Shown here: positions 48,403 to 56,981 of the stretch, piece after piece
How positions within the stretch are numbered: the first letter of the stretch is position 1
How the letters are laid out: the number at the start of each line of letters is the position of its first letter
Source: Parasphingorhabdus sp.
GTDB lineage: Bacteria; Pseudomonadota; Alphaproteobacteria; Sphingomonadales; Sphingomonadaceae
Assembly: GCF_041748495.1 (NCBI RefSeq)
Contig: NZ_JBGTDD010000058.1
Coordinates: 208-64,207 of the forward strand
Reading direction: 5' to 3'
DNA: 64,000 nt
Made by a program: the position numbers and the translations under genes
Notes under the pieces: generated by a model
What the model was told of the DNA's origin: nothing
Seen by the model: only the letters and a program-made list of their open reading frames with translations
Database searches by the model: none

Positions 48403-49602
48403 ATGACCGATCTACTCAGTAAATTCGATCCCCTCATCCAGGAGCGTGAAAATCTCCTTGCAACCGGCGTCAAGGACCCGTTTTCGCTGGTGATGGAGGA
48501 AGTGCTCTCGCCGACCGTCGCCATTTGCGATGGCAAGGAAACGATTCTTCTCGGCACCTATAATTATATGGGCATGACCTTTGACGATGACGTGCGTCAG
48601 GCCGGCCTGAAGGCGCTGGAAGAATTTGGTTCCGGCACCACCGGTAGCCGCGTGCTCAACGGGACCTACAGCCTCCACCGCGATTGTGAAGATGCGCTGA
48701 AGGAATTTTACGCGATGGACCACGCCATGGTCTTTTCAACCGGCTATCAGGCAAATCTCGGCATTATCTCGACACTCGCGGGCAAGGGCGACTATATCAT
48801 TCTCGACACCGACAGCCACGCCTCGATCTACGACGGCTGCGCGATGGGCAAGGCCGAGATTGTCGCCTTCCGCCACAATGATGTCGAAGCGCTGGAAAAA
48901 CGCTTGAAGCGCCTTCCCGCCGAAGCCGGCAAGCTGGTTGTACTCGAAGGCGTCTATTCGATGCTCGGCGATGTTGCCCCGCTCAGGGAAATGGTCCGCA
49001 TCTGCAAGGAAAACGGGGCCATGGTGCTGGTCGACGAGGCCCATTCGATGGGCTTTATCGGTGAAAATGGCCGCGGCGTCGCCGAAGCGCAGGGCGTCAT
49101 CGACGATGTTGATTTCATCATCGGCACCTTCAGCAAAAGCGTTGGCACGGTCGGCGGCTTCTGCGTCTCCAATCATCCTAAATTCGAAATATTGCGGCTG
49201 GTCTGCCGTCCCTATGTATTCACCGCCAGCCTGCCGCCCAGCGTGATGGCAACGGCGAGCACGTCGATCCGCAAGCTGATGCATAGCGGCAACAAGCGCG
49301 CGCATCTGTGGGAGAATAGCAAGAGGCTGCACCAGGGCCTGCGCGATCTCGGCTTCACGCTCGGCACGCCCGAAGCGCAAAGCGCGATCATTGCGGTGAT
49401 CATGCCGGATCTCGAAAAAGGGGCAATGATGTGGCAGGCGCTGCTCGCAGAGGGGCTATATGTGAATCTGGCGCGACCGCCAGCGACACCGGCCAACATG
49501 ACCCTGCTGCGCTGTTCGCTGTGCGCGGAACATACGAGCGAGCAAGTCGACCAGATTTTGGCCATGTTCAAGGCAGCTGGCAAGGCTGTAGGGGCGATCT
49601 AG
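48403..49602 (+). CDS. spt: serine palmitoyltransferase
   Basis: ORF 48337..49602. The start is at ATG 48403 (MTDLLSKFDPLIQERENLL). LLGTYNYMGMTFDDDV, VFSTGYQANLGIISTLAGKGDYIILD, VDEAHSMGF, GTFSKSVGTVGGF and LRCSLCAEHT are near-identical blocks to the S. paucimobilis SPT as I remember it. Confidence 0.93.
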   Translation: MTDLLSKFDPLIQERENLLATGVKDPFSLVMEEVLSPTVAICDGKETILLGTYNYMGMTFDDDVRQAGLKALEEFGSGTTGSRVLNGTYSLHRDCEDALKEFYAMDHAMVFSTGYQANLGIISTLAGKGDYIILDTDSHASIYDGCAMGKAEIVAFRHNDVEALEKRLKRLPAEAGKLVVLEGVYSMLGDVAPLREMVRICKENGAMVLVDEAHSMGFIGENGRGVAEAQGVIDDVDFIIGTFSKSVGTVGGFCVSNHPKFEILRLVCRPYVFTASLPPSVMATASTSIRKLMHSGNKRAHLWENSKRLHQGLRDLGFTLGTPEAQSAIIAVIMPDLEKGAMMWQALLAEGLYVNLARPPATPANMTLLRCSLCAEHTSEQVDQILAMFKAAGKAVGAI

Positions 49603-49607
49603 CTGAG

Positions 49608-50402
49608 ATGACCAAAGCCATCCTCATCGAACAACGCGGGGCGATCGAGATATTGACGCTCAACCGACCCGACAAGCTGAACACGATGAACGAAGAGATG
49701 ATCTTCGCATTGCAGGATTATTTTCGCGGGCTGCAGAAACGCCTGGATGTCCGCGTCGTCCTGTTTCGGGCCGAGGGCCGTGCCTTTTGTGCTGGGCTCG
49801 ACATCGGTGGCTGGAAAAATGATGGCTCGCGGGGACAGGTCCAGCATGTCTGGAACACGCAGCGGTCAATTGCCACGGTGATGCAGCTGATGCGGCAATG
49901 CCCGCAGCCGATTATCGCGCTGGCTCAGGGTGCGGCCTGTGGCGGAGGTTTCTCGCTGCTGCTCGCCAGCGACGTCCGCTATGGGGCGCCAAGCCTGAAA
50001 ATGAACGCGGCCTATATCAAGATCGGCCTCGGTGGCTGCGATATGGGCTCGAGCTATTTCCTGCCGCGGATGGTCGGTGCCTCCATTGCAGCGGAACTGA
50101 TCCTGACCGGAAGATTCATTCATGCCGAACGGGCAGAGAAATACGGCCTGATCAGCGAAATGGTGGACGAGGAGAGACTGTTCTCAACCGGATTGTCGCT
50201 CGCCGAAGAAATGCTTGATACCGCACCCATGGGCCTGCGCTTGTCCAAGGATGCGCTTAATCGCAATATCGATGCGCAGAGTTTCGAGGCGGCGCTCGCG
50301 ATCGAGGACCGGCAGCAGGTGATGCTGTCGATGACCGAGGACAGCCGGGAAGCGGCCAAGGCGTTTTTCGCGAAGCGGAAGCCCGATTACAAGGATCGGT
50401 AG
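49608..50402 (+). CDS. enoyl-CoA hydratase/isomerase (crotonase) family protein
   Basis: This is the C-terminal part of ORF 49431..50402. ATG 49608 lies 5 nt after the spt stop. ILTLNRPDKLNTM, FCAGLDIG and ACGGGFSLLLASD are crotonase blocks. Confidence 0.85.
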   Translation: MTKAILIEQRGAIEILTLNRPDKLNTMNEEMIFALQDYFRGLQKRLDVRVVLFRAEGRAFCAGLDIGGWKNDGSRGQVQHVWNTQRSIATVMQLMRQCPQPIIALAQGAACGGGFSLLLASDVRYGAPSLKMNAAYIKIGLGGCDMGSSYFLPRMVGASIAAELILTGRFIHAERAEKYGLISEMVDEERLFSTGLSLAEEMLDTAPMGLRLSKDALNRNIDAQSFEAALAIEDRQQVMLSMTEDSREAAKAFFAKRKPDYKDR

Positions 50403-50417
50403 CTCTCGCCATCAGCG

Positions 50418-50813
50418 CTACCGCGCCCGATGTTCCGTGCCTTCTCCGGCGGTGATAAAGACTACCGTGGCGGAACCGGCTACGTCCGCCGTGTGCCAGA
50501 CGCCTGGGGCGTTGATCGCATATTCGCCCGCCGAGAGCGGGGTGCTTTGCAGAATGCCGTCCGTCATTTCCTGGATCAGAGTGATTTCACCGGCGGTGCA
50601 CAAGACCACTTCTGCGCCCTTCGGATGCATTTCCCAACTATCCCAGCTTTCGGTGAATCGATACATCGATACCAGCCGGCCCTCGACACCATCCTGGAAG
50701 TGCCGCGCGCCATATTCGGCATACCATTCCATTGCACCGGTCATTGCGGGCTCGACCTCAGCCGTCGCCCCGAGACCCAGATGGATCGGATGAATTTCTA
50801 GTCTGCGCGACAT
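50418..50813 (-). CDS. cupin-fold small protein
   Basis: ORF 50418..50813 (131 aa). WEMHPKGAEVVLCTAGEITL...PGVWHT is a cupin two-motif pattern. Confidence 0.65.
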   Translation of the reverse strand: MSRRLEIHPIHLGLGATAEVEPAMTGAMEWYAEYGARHFQDGVEGRLVSMYRFTESWDSWEMHPKGAEVVLCTAGEITLIQEMTDGILQSTPLSAGEYAINAPGVWHTADVAGSATVVFITAGEGTEHRAR

Positions 50814-50838
50814 TTTCGCTCTCCTTTCGCCGGTCGGT

Positions 50839-51750
50839 TCATTTTATTGCGCCGCCCATGATCAAACGCGGCAGCATTACCAGCGCGCCCAGGATCGGCC
50901 ATTTGCGTTGCCAGGGTCTGATAACATAATCGGTTCCGGCGTGACGATTGATCTTCCACGCCAGATAATCAATCCCCCCGGCATAGGTGGCTGACGCCTT
51001 GGCCAGTCTGGCGAGTGTCAGCAATTTGCCATTGCGCCTCAATTGCCGCCATCTTTTTTCGACCGCTTCGCGTGAGGCAATAATCTTCAGACTAGTGCCC
51101 CGCTCCCGTTCTGCAATGGCTGCGACAACCGCCGGTCCAAATCGCGCATAGCGCTCTGGATCGGAATCGACGACGGAATCGGAACGTTCCTTCCGCTCTG
51201 CCCGCAATTCCGCGCCATAGGTCAGTTCGAAACCGCGTTTCCACAGATCCAGAATGCTATGTTCCCTATCCATGTCCATCATCGGAAAGGTCATGTCAAA
51301 CAGCGTGATCGAGGCGCCGGCAATGGCATCGACGGCTTGCGCCTCGGCGGCTGGATCCGCATGCCAAACCAGTCGGGATGGTTGCGCAAATCGCGCCCAG
51401 ACACTGACCGCGCTGGCGCTGATCCGGTTCAGCCTGTGAAAATCCTGCTCACTCAATATCGCCACCTTGGCGACCAGCCCGCCATATTCTGCCGGGAACA
51501 CGTTGGGCGGGAGCCGCTTGTTCGCCCGCGCCAGCCAGCTTTTTCCATAAGCCGCCTCATAGCTCGAAACAATCAGGTAGAAATCGAGCATCTGCCCGTC
51601 GAGATCTTTTGTCCGCAGGCAGGAGCCATAGAACAGGACCGCCCGCGCTGCCTCGCCATAGCGGGCAGCAATCGAGCCCGCAAAGGCCGACACCCGTGGG
51701 TCAACCGGTTGGGACAGTTCCTGTGCAATCAATGTTCTGAGTTCGCTCAC
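50839..51750 (-). CDS. Tam41/Mmp37-like nucleotidyltransferase-fold protein (tentative)
   Basis: ORF 50839..51750 (303 aa). AVLFYGSCLR...GQMLDFYLIV (G-S then D-x-D, NTase pattern), followed by LPPNVFPAEYGGLVAKVAILSEQDF and VWARFAQPSRLVW. These parallel the Tam41 blocks FGYGSGVF / IDIILGV / VYFNPF..VKYGVVS / LAGRLQKPV as I recall them. Confidence 0.45.
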   Translation of the reverse strand: MSELRTLIAQELSQPVDPRVSAFAGSIAARYGEAARAVLFYGSCLRTKDLDGQMLDFYLIVSSYEAAYGKSWLARANKRLPPNVFPAEYGGLVAKVAILSEQDFHRLNRISASAVSVWARFAQPSRLVWHADPAAEAQAVDAIAGASITLFDMTFPMMDMDREHSILDLWKRGFELTYGAELRAERKERSDSVVDSDPERYARFGPAVVAAIAERERGTSLKIIASREAVEKRWRQLRRNGKLLTLARLAKASATYAGGIDYLAWKINRHAGTDYVIRPWQRKWPILGALVMLPRLIMGGAIK

Positions 51751-51811
51751 GCGAAAAACCTTAGACCCTGTATCGGCTATTTGGAAGCATCGGCACGGAG
51801 AGGCGATTGGC

Positions 51812-52786
51812 TCAGGCGGCGAGCCGAAGAAAGGAAACAGCCTTGGTGGATTTCAGCACGATTGGGTGCCCGGGCCGGGCACAGAAAAGCTCGCCGTCCA
51901 TAAGCACGTTGCTGCCCTCCCCTTCGATCCGGATCATGTCGCCGCGTTCCAGGTGGATACCCTTCTGCACTGTTTTGCCGAGCCGTCCGAAAATTACCGA
52001 AAGCAGGAAGCGAACGATCGCGCCGGCCTGCTGATCTATGGCGAGGAATTGCATCCGGCCAATCGCATTCTGGTTCCGCATCGAACGCTTCATCAGCAAC
52101 AACCGCTCCAAGGTGGTGACGATCAGTACCGCAAAATTGCCCTGAAACTGGCCGTCCCTAATCAGGGATATCTTGATCGGAGTCGATCGATTGGGCAGGA
52201 ATTTGCTCCGCAGGCCGAACAGGACCGACGCCAGCGCCGCAAAAACCGTCAGGACATGCGCGGCGGCATTGGGCAATCCGAGCGGGTAGATCTTGTGACG
52301 ACAATAGAGAATGAACTCCGACAGCCCTGCACCGCCCAGAAACATGCCGAGCACAACCTTGCTATCCTTGCCGCCATCGGACAATGCGATCAGCTCGCGG
52401 TCGACCAAATGTTCGTGCAAATCATGTTTGGCCAGCTCGACGATTCGCTCGAGCGCTTTCAGCGGATTGCCTTCGGATCCGAGATCCAGCGCAATCAGAT
52501 TGGTCTTGCCATTGGGCAGCACGGCTACCGGAGGGGGGCTGTCCCCGAAATGGCCACCCTGATATAATTCGGTCAGCGCCGCCTGAACCGTTCCGTCGCC
52601 GCCATTGATAACCAGCACTTTCGGTTTGACCCGGGCAATGGTTTCCAAAGCCTTGGCAATTTCATCGACATGATCCACTTCATAATGGAACACTTCGCTG
52701 TTCTTGGCGCAATAAGACCGCACGTCTGGCAAAATCGCCCGATTTCCGGTTGAATTCGGATTGGAAAGAAGCGCGACATTTGCCAT
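51812..52786 (-). CDS. DAGK-catalytic-domain lipid kinase (diacylglycerol/sphingosine/ceramide kinase family)
   Basis: ORF 51812..52786 (324 aa). VLVINGGDGTVQAAL (GGDGT) and VAVLPNGKTNL are present. The architecture is YegS/LCB5-like. Confidence 0.75.
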   Translation of the reverse strand: MANVALLSNPNSTGNRAILPDVRSYCAKNSEVFHYEVDHVDEIAKALETIARVKPKVLVINGGDGTVQAALTELYQGGHFGDSPPPVAVLPNGKTNLIALDLGSEGNPLKALERIVELAKHDLHEHLVDRELIALSDGGKDSKVVLGMFLGGAGLSEFILYCRHKIYPLGLPNAAAHVLTVFAALASVLFGLRSKFLPNRSTPIKISLIRDGQFQGNFAVLIVTTLERLLLMKRSMRNQNAIGRMQFLAIDQQAGAIVRFLLSVIFGRLGKTVQKGIHLERGDMIRIEGEGSNVLMDGELFCARPGHPIVLKSTKAVSFLRLAA

Positions 52787-52821
52787 TAGTTAGCCCCAAA
52801 TTGTGCCGTGTTGCTGGTGCA

Positions 52822-53304
52822 TCACATATATTTCATAGTGATGCGGATGGATTTGACTTCATTGCCAATCGCAAATTTGGTTTTCGTGTGGCTTGGCTTG
52901 CCGAGGTTGAAGATATTGATGCTTGGATTATTCGACATCCCGCCGCCATCGGTGGACAGGTCGGTTTTGCCGTTGCCGTTGATGTCGTGACGCACGGCAA
53001 TCGCATAGTCGCCCGCTTGACTGACCGGCAGGCAGAAGGTCATCGTCGATCCGGTCGCAGGGGTCTCGATGCGATGCAGCCAGGCACCTTTTTTAAGCCA
53101 TTGGTCCCTGGTACCGCGATAGCTCTGGATCCGCACATTCCCGGTCGCGGCCTTCAGACCCTCCACGGTCACTTTGACAGCGGGGCCGTTACCCGCCCGG
53201 CATGGACGCATATCATTGGGTATTTCTCTCCCGCCAGCAAAAGCCGGCGCAGCGGAAAGCAGAATAGTGGTCGATAATGCGATGGAAGCCGCAAATTTCA
53301 ACAT
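52822..53304 (-). CDS. DUF2141 domain-containing periplasmic protein
   Basis: ORF 52822..53478. The start is at ATG 53304 (MLKFAASIALSTTILLSAAPAFA signal peptide). VRHDINGNGKTDLSTDGGGMSNNP...FNLGKPS is typical of DUF2141. Confidence 0.7.
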   Translation of the reverse strand: MLKFAASIALSTTILLSAAPAFAGGREIPNDMRPCRAGNGPAVKVTVEGLKAATGNVRIQSYRGTRDQWLKKGAWLHRIETPATGSTMTFCLPVSQAGDYAIAVRHDINGNGKTDLSTDGGGMSNNPSINIFNLGKPSHTKTKFAIGNEVKSIRITMKYM

Positions 53305-53429
53305 GACGTAATAACTCCTAGTCGTTATACCCGCGCCAACACTCCGGCTCGGACAAGAATCAGCCCCCGATCTGCCCATGGCTATGGATTTGATTTGCGG
53401 CGAAAACATGGTGAGAGGGCGACAACAAG

Positions 53430-54641
53430 TTGAAACTGCTGACTTCGACCGATCGCTATTTAGCGAAATTGATAGCATTGCCGCTGTTCAGTACCCTGGT
53501 GATCGCGGCGATGCTGCTGGTACTGGAGAAAATGCTGCGTCTTTTCGATTTTGTCGCGGCGGAAGGTGGCCCCGTCAGCGTGGTGTGGCGGATGCTGGCC
53601 AACCTGATCCCCGAATATCTGTCGCTCGGCATACCGATCGGCTTGCTGCTCGGGATATTACTGGCCTTCCGTCGGCTCGCGTTAAGCTCGGAGCTCGACG
53701 TTTTTCGCGCCGTTGGCCAAGGATACGGACGCCTGTTGCGGGTGCCCTATATGTTCGCCGTCGCGCTGATGCTGGTCAATCTGGCGTTGGTCGGATTCAT
53801 CCAGCCGCTATCCCGCTATTATTATGAGGAACTGCGCTTCGAATTGCGGTCGGGCGCGCTCGGCGCTTCGATCAAGGTCGGGGAATTCACCAATTTGGGT
53901 AACCGGATGACCCTCCGGATCGAGGAGAGCCGCGACAAGGGAACCAAATTGAGCGGGATGTTCGTCCGCGCCGAGAGCAAGGGGGGTCAGTCCGTCTCGG
54001 TCACCGCCGCAAATGGCCAGTTTCTCGCAACCGACGATCCCGATACGATCATCTTGCGGCTGACCAACGGGGTTCTGGTCCATGACGCCCCGAATTTCGA
54101 GAAACCGCGGATATTGAGTTTCAGCAGTCATGACTTGCCGATCGAATTGCCCGATATCGAATCCTTCCGGTCTCGGGGCGGCAAGGATCTGGAATATACG
54201 ATCCCAGAGCTTGTGCGGGTCGGACTCGACAAGCAACGTCCCGACGCCGAACGCAACGAAAGCCGCTCCAATTTCCATTTCCGTATGGTCGAGGTGGTGA
54301 TGATGCTGCTGATGCCGCTGCTTGCAGTCGCCCTGGCGGTCCCGCCAAAACGATCCAGTTCGGCGTTGGGCGTTTTTCTCTCGATCGTGATGATTGTGAC
54401 CTATCACAAGGTGAATGAATATGGCGAGGACATCGGCACGCTGGGTCTTGTGGACCCGATCATCGCCTTGTGGCTGCCCTTTTGCCTGTTCGCAGGATTG
54501 ATCTTGTGGATGTATCATGTGGCCGCTCATGTTCCCGGCGGCCAGCCGATCGGGGCGCTGGAAAAGGCATTTTCCAAATTCGGCGGTGTCTTCAAGGGCC
54601 TGCTCAATTTCAACCGCAAACGCGCGCTGATAGAGGAATAG
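53430..54641 (+). CDS. lptF: LptF-type permease of the LptB2FG ABC exporter (YjgP/YjgQ family)
   Basis: ORF 53430..54641 (403 aa, TTG start, GAGAGGG upstream). The N-terminus STDRYLAKLIALPLFSTLVIAAMLLVLEKMLRLFD and the 6-TM plus periplasmic beta-jellyroll layout fit the family. Confidence 0.85.
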   Translation: MKLLTSTDRYLAKLIALPLFSTLVIAAMLLVLEKMLRLFDFVAAEGGPVSVVWRMLANLIPEYLSLGIPIGLLLGILLAFRRLALSSELDVFRAVGQGYGRLLRVPYMFAVALMLVNLALVGFIQPLSRYYYEELRFELRSGALGASIKVGEFTNLGNRMTLRIEESRDKGTKLSGMFVRAESKGGQSVSVTAANGQFLATDDPDTIILRLTNGVLVHDAPNFEKPRILSFSSHDLPIELPDIESFRSRGGKDLEYTIPELVRVGLDKQRPDAERNESRSNFHFRMVEVVMMLLMPLLAVALAVPPKRSSSALGVFLSIVMIVTYHKVNEYGEDIGTLGLVDPIIALWLPFCLFAGLILWMYHVAAHVPGGQPIGALEKAFSKFGGVFKGLLNFNRKRALIEE

Positions 54642-54647
54642 CCAGAC

Positions 54648-55736
54648 ATGGACTTTTTTCCTTCCCGGACATTGGCCTTCTACATGGCGAAAATGTTCAT
54701 CATCCGTACCCTGGCGGTTCTGGCCCTGCTGGTGCTCGTGCTGCAGGCGCTGGATCTGCTCGGCGAGAGCGGCAGGATCCTGGCGCATCCGGGCAACGGC
54801 GAGGCCGAACTCTGGACCTATGTCTCTTTGCGGGCTCCGCAACTCGTTGCCCGCTTCCTGCCTTTCTCGGTGCTGCTGGGCACCATCATCACTCTGGCGA
54901 CCCTGAACCAGAATAGCGAAGTGATCTCGATGAAAGCAGGCGGTCTGTCCGCCCATCAGATCCTCGCCCCATTGATCGTTGCCAGCATGGGGGTTGCGCT
55001 ATTCTCCTTCCTGTTCAACGAAACATTGGTCGCACCGGCAAGCGCGCGGCTGGCCCAATGGGAGAAAGTCGAATTTGGCCCGATTCCAGCGGAGAGCAAC
55101 ATTCGCACCAACATCTGGGTCAAGGATGGCAATAATCTGATCAACGCCCGAACGGTGACTGGCCGCGGTAAGGATGTGCGGTTGCAGGACATCACCATCT
55201 ACAATCGTACCGAAAATGGATTGCGGAGCCTGCTGCAGGGCGATCAGGCCCGGTTCACCGACTCTGGCTGGCTGCTTACCAATGTCACACGGTTCGATGT
55301 TACCACCGGAACCGAAGAAAAGCAGGCAGAGCTTTTGATCGGCGACTCGATCCGGCCGGATCAATTCACTCTGGCCAATGTCAGCGCGGATAGCCTGTCG
55401 ATTTTTGCCTTGCACACGGCCATTGAAGAACTTGAGCAGGCGGGCCGCCCTACCATGGGCCTCAAGGCCGGCTGGTGGCACAAGATTTCCGGCCCGATGT
55501 CATCCATGCTGATGCCGTTACTGGGTGCCGTTGCCGCATTCGGACTGGCCCGGTCGGGACAATTGTTCCTCCGGGCGGTGATCGGCATGGCGCTGGGCTT
55601 CACCTATTTCGTAGCCGATAATTTTGCCCTGGCGATGGGCAATATAGGAGCCTATCCGACTCTACTCGCGGCCTGGGCGCCATTTCTGCTGTTTTTCCTG
55701 ATCGGGGAAACCGTGTTGGTCCGCACCGAGGAATAG
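54648..55736 (+). CDS. lptG: LptG-type permease of the LptB2FG ABC exporter
   Basis: ORF 54648..55736 (362 aa). SRTLAFYMAKMFIIRTLAVLALLVLVLQALDLL fits the YjgP/YjgQ family. The gene lies immediately after lptF. Confidence 0.85.
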   Translation: MDFFPSRTLAFYMAKMFIIRTLAVLALLVLVLQALDLLGESGRILAHPGNGEAELWTYVSLRAPQLVARFLPFSVLLGTIITLATLNQNSEVISMKAGGLSAHQILAPLIVASMGVALFSFLFNETLVAPASARLAQWEKVEFGPIPAESNIRTNIWVKDGNNLINARTVTGRGKDVRLQDITIYNRTENGLRSLLQGDQARFTDSGWLLTNVTRFDVTTGTEEKQAELLIGDSIRPDQFTLANVSADSLSIFALHTAIEELEQAGRPTMGLKAGWWHKISGPMSSMLMPLLGAVAAFGLARSGQLFLRAVIGMALGFTYFVADNFALAMGNIGAYPTLLAAWAPFLLFFLIGETVLVRTEE

Positions 55737-55741
55737 CGCCA

Positions 55742-56836
55742 CTAGTTTCTTCCGGCGCTACCGCGCACCAGTCCGGTGACCAAGGTCCACAGACTGTCGT
55801 GATCGGCCCGGTAGAAATTGGAGTCCGCTGGCAATTCTGCTGCCAGCCGCCGATGGGCTTCACCGAGGCTATGATAGGGAACACCGGGCAGCAGATGGTG
55901 CAAAGCGTGGTAGCGCAGGCCGACCGGTGCCCAAAGGGCTGGCAAGGTCGCTGGCGGCGGGACGTTGACGCTGTCGAGATATTGCGCCGTAACGCTCATC
56001 TCATGCCCATCATTCTCCCATAAATGCGCAACCAATGTGCGGATCTGGTTCAATATCACGCTGCCGGACATCACACCGAGGAAAATCAGGAATGCGCGCA
56101 GCGGAATAATATCTGTCGCCACCAGTGCGAGCAGCGCAATGGCCCAGATGCTCGCTCCGATTTCGCAGGCCAGCCAGCGGCGCCGGAGATCGCCCTCCGG
56201 TGGCTTGCGACGAAATTCGGGATTGATGATCAGCCCGGAATAGCGCTCGACGACAATCCGGCGCAGCGGCGGGATGATGGCGGACAGCGGTGACAGGATC
56301 GCATAGCGGAACAGCAGCGCGACCGGAGCGAGCGCTGCGACCATCACAAACAGGGGAACCGACCACGGCTTCATCAGTGCCAGCGGCAGATATTCCGGGT
56401 CTTCCACCGTACCATATTTCTTGGTGCGGTGATGAATGCTGTGAATGCCTTCGTACATGAACGACGGAATCAGCATTGGTACCCCGAATAATGCGTTCCA
56501 GGCGAAATGAAAGCCGGGCAGCGCGTTGCGCCGAACATGGGTCAATTCGTGAATGAAGCTGCCCGCCCGGTACAGCGCAAGGACCGCGATCAGGCCCAGA
56601 AACAGGGCAAGTCCGGTGGATTGGCTCAGGATTGCGCCGGCCAATGCCCCGTAGCCGACCGCCACTGACGCCAGAAAATCAGCCCAATAGATGGCGGGCT
56701 TGGCTGTGTTGAGATCGCGCGTCACTTTCGCCGCGGTCCGGATCAGCTGATTATCCTCGGCAACCGGCGCAGCACTCTGGCGCGAATCAACCGCTGCCTT
56801 TGGTGCATTTTTCGGAATGAACATCGTCGAACTCAT
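55742..56836 (-). CDS. membrane fatty-acid desaturase-family protein (desaturase or hydroxylase)
   Basis: ORF 55742..56950. It has three His boxes: HELTHV, HSIHHR and HALHHL. The first about 38 codons of the ORF look non-coding, so the start is placed at ATG 56836 (AGGTG upstream). Alternatives are 56848 and 56824. Confidence 0.8.
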   Translation of the reverse strand: MSSTMFIPKNAPKAAVDSRQSAAPVAEDNQLIRTAAKVTRDLNTAKPAIYWADFLASVAVGYGALAGAILSQSTGLALFLGLIAVLALYRAGSFIHELTHVRRNALPGFHFAWNALFGVPMLIPSFMYEGIHSIHHRTKKYGTVEDPEYLPLALMKPWSVPLFVMVAALAPVALLFRYAILSPLSAIIPPLRRIVVERYSGLIINPEFRRKPPEGDLRRRWLACEIGASIWAIALLALVATDIIPLRAFLIFLGVMSGSVILNQIRTLVAHLWENDGHEMSVTAQYLDSVNVPPPATLPALWAPVGLRYHALHHLLPGVPYHSLGEAHRRLAAELPADSNFYRADHDSLWTLVTGLVRGSAGRN

Positions 56837-56981
56837 AAACACCTGCATAATCGTTGGATGGTCTAGAGCAACATATCGTGGCGAGATCATGGCAAGGGCA
56901 AGACAGCCGCGGCACCCATGCCCTTGACATTGCGCCGCGATTAACGTCACAGCCAGCCGGAATGGAACAAGGAAAAAATCA

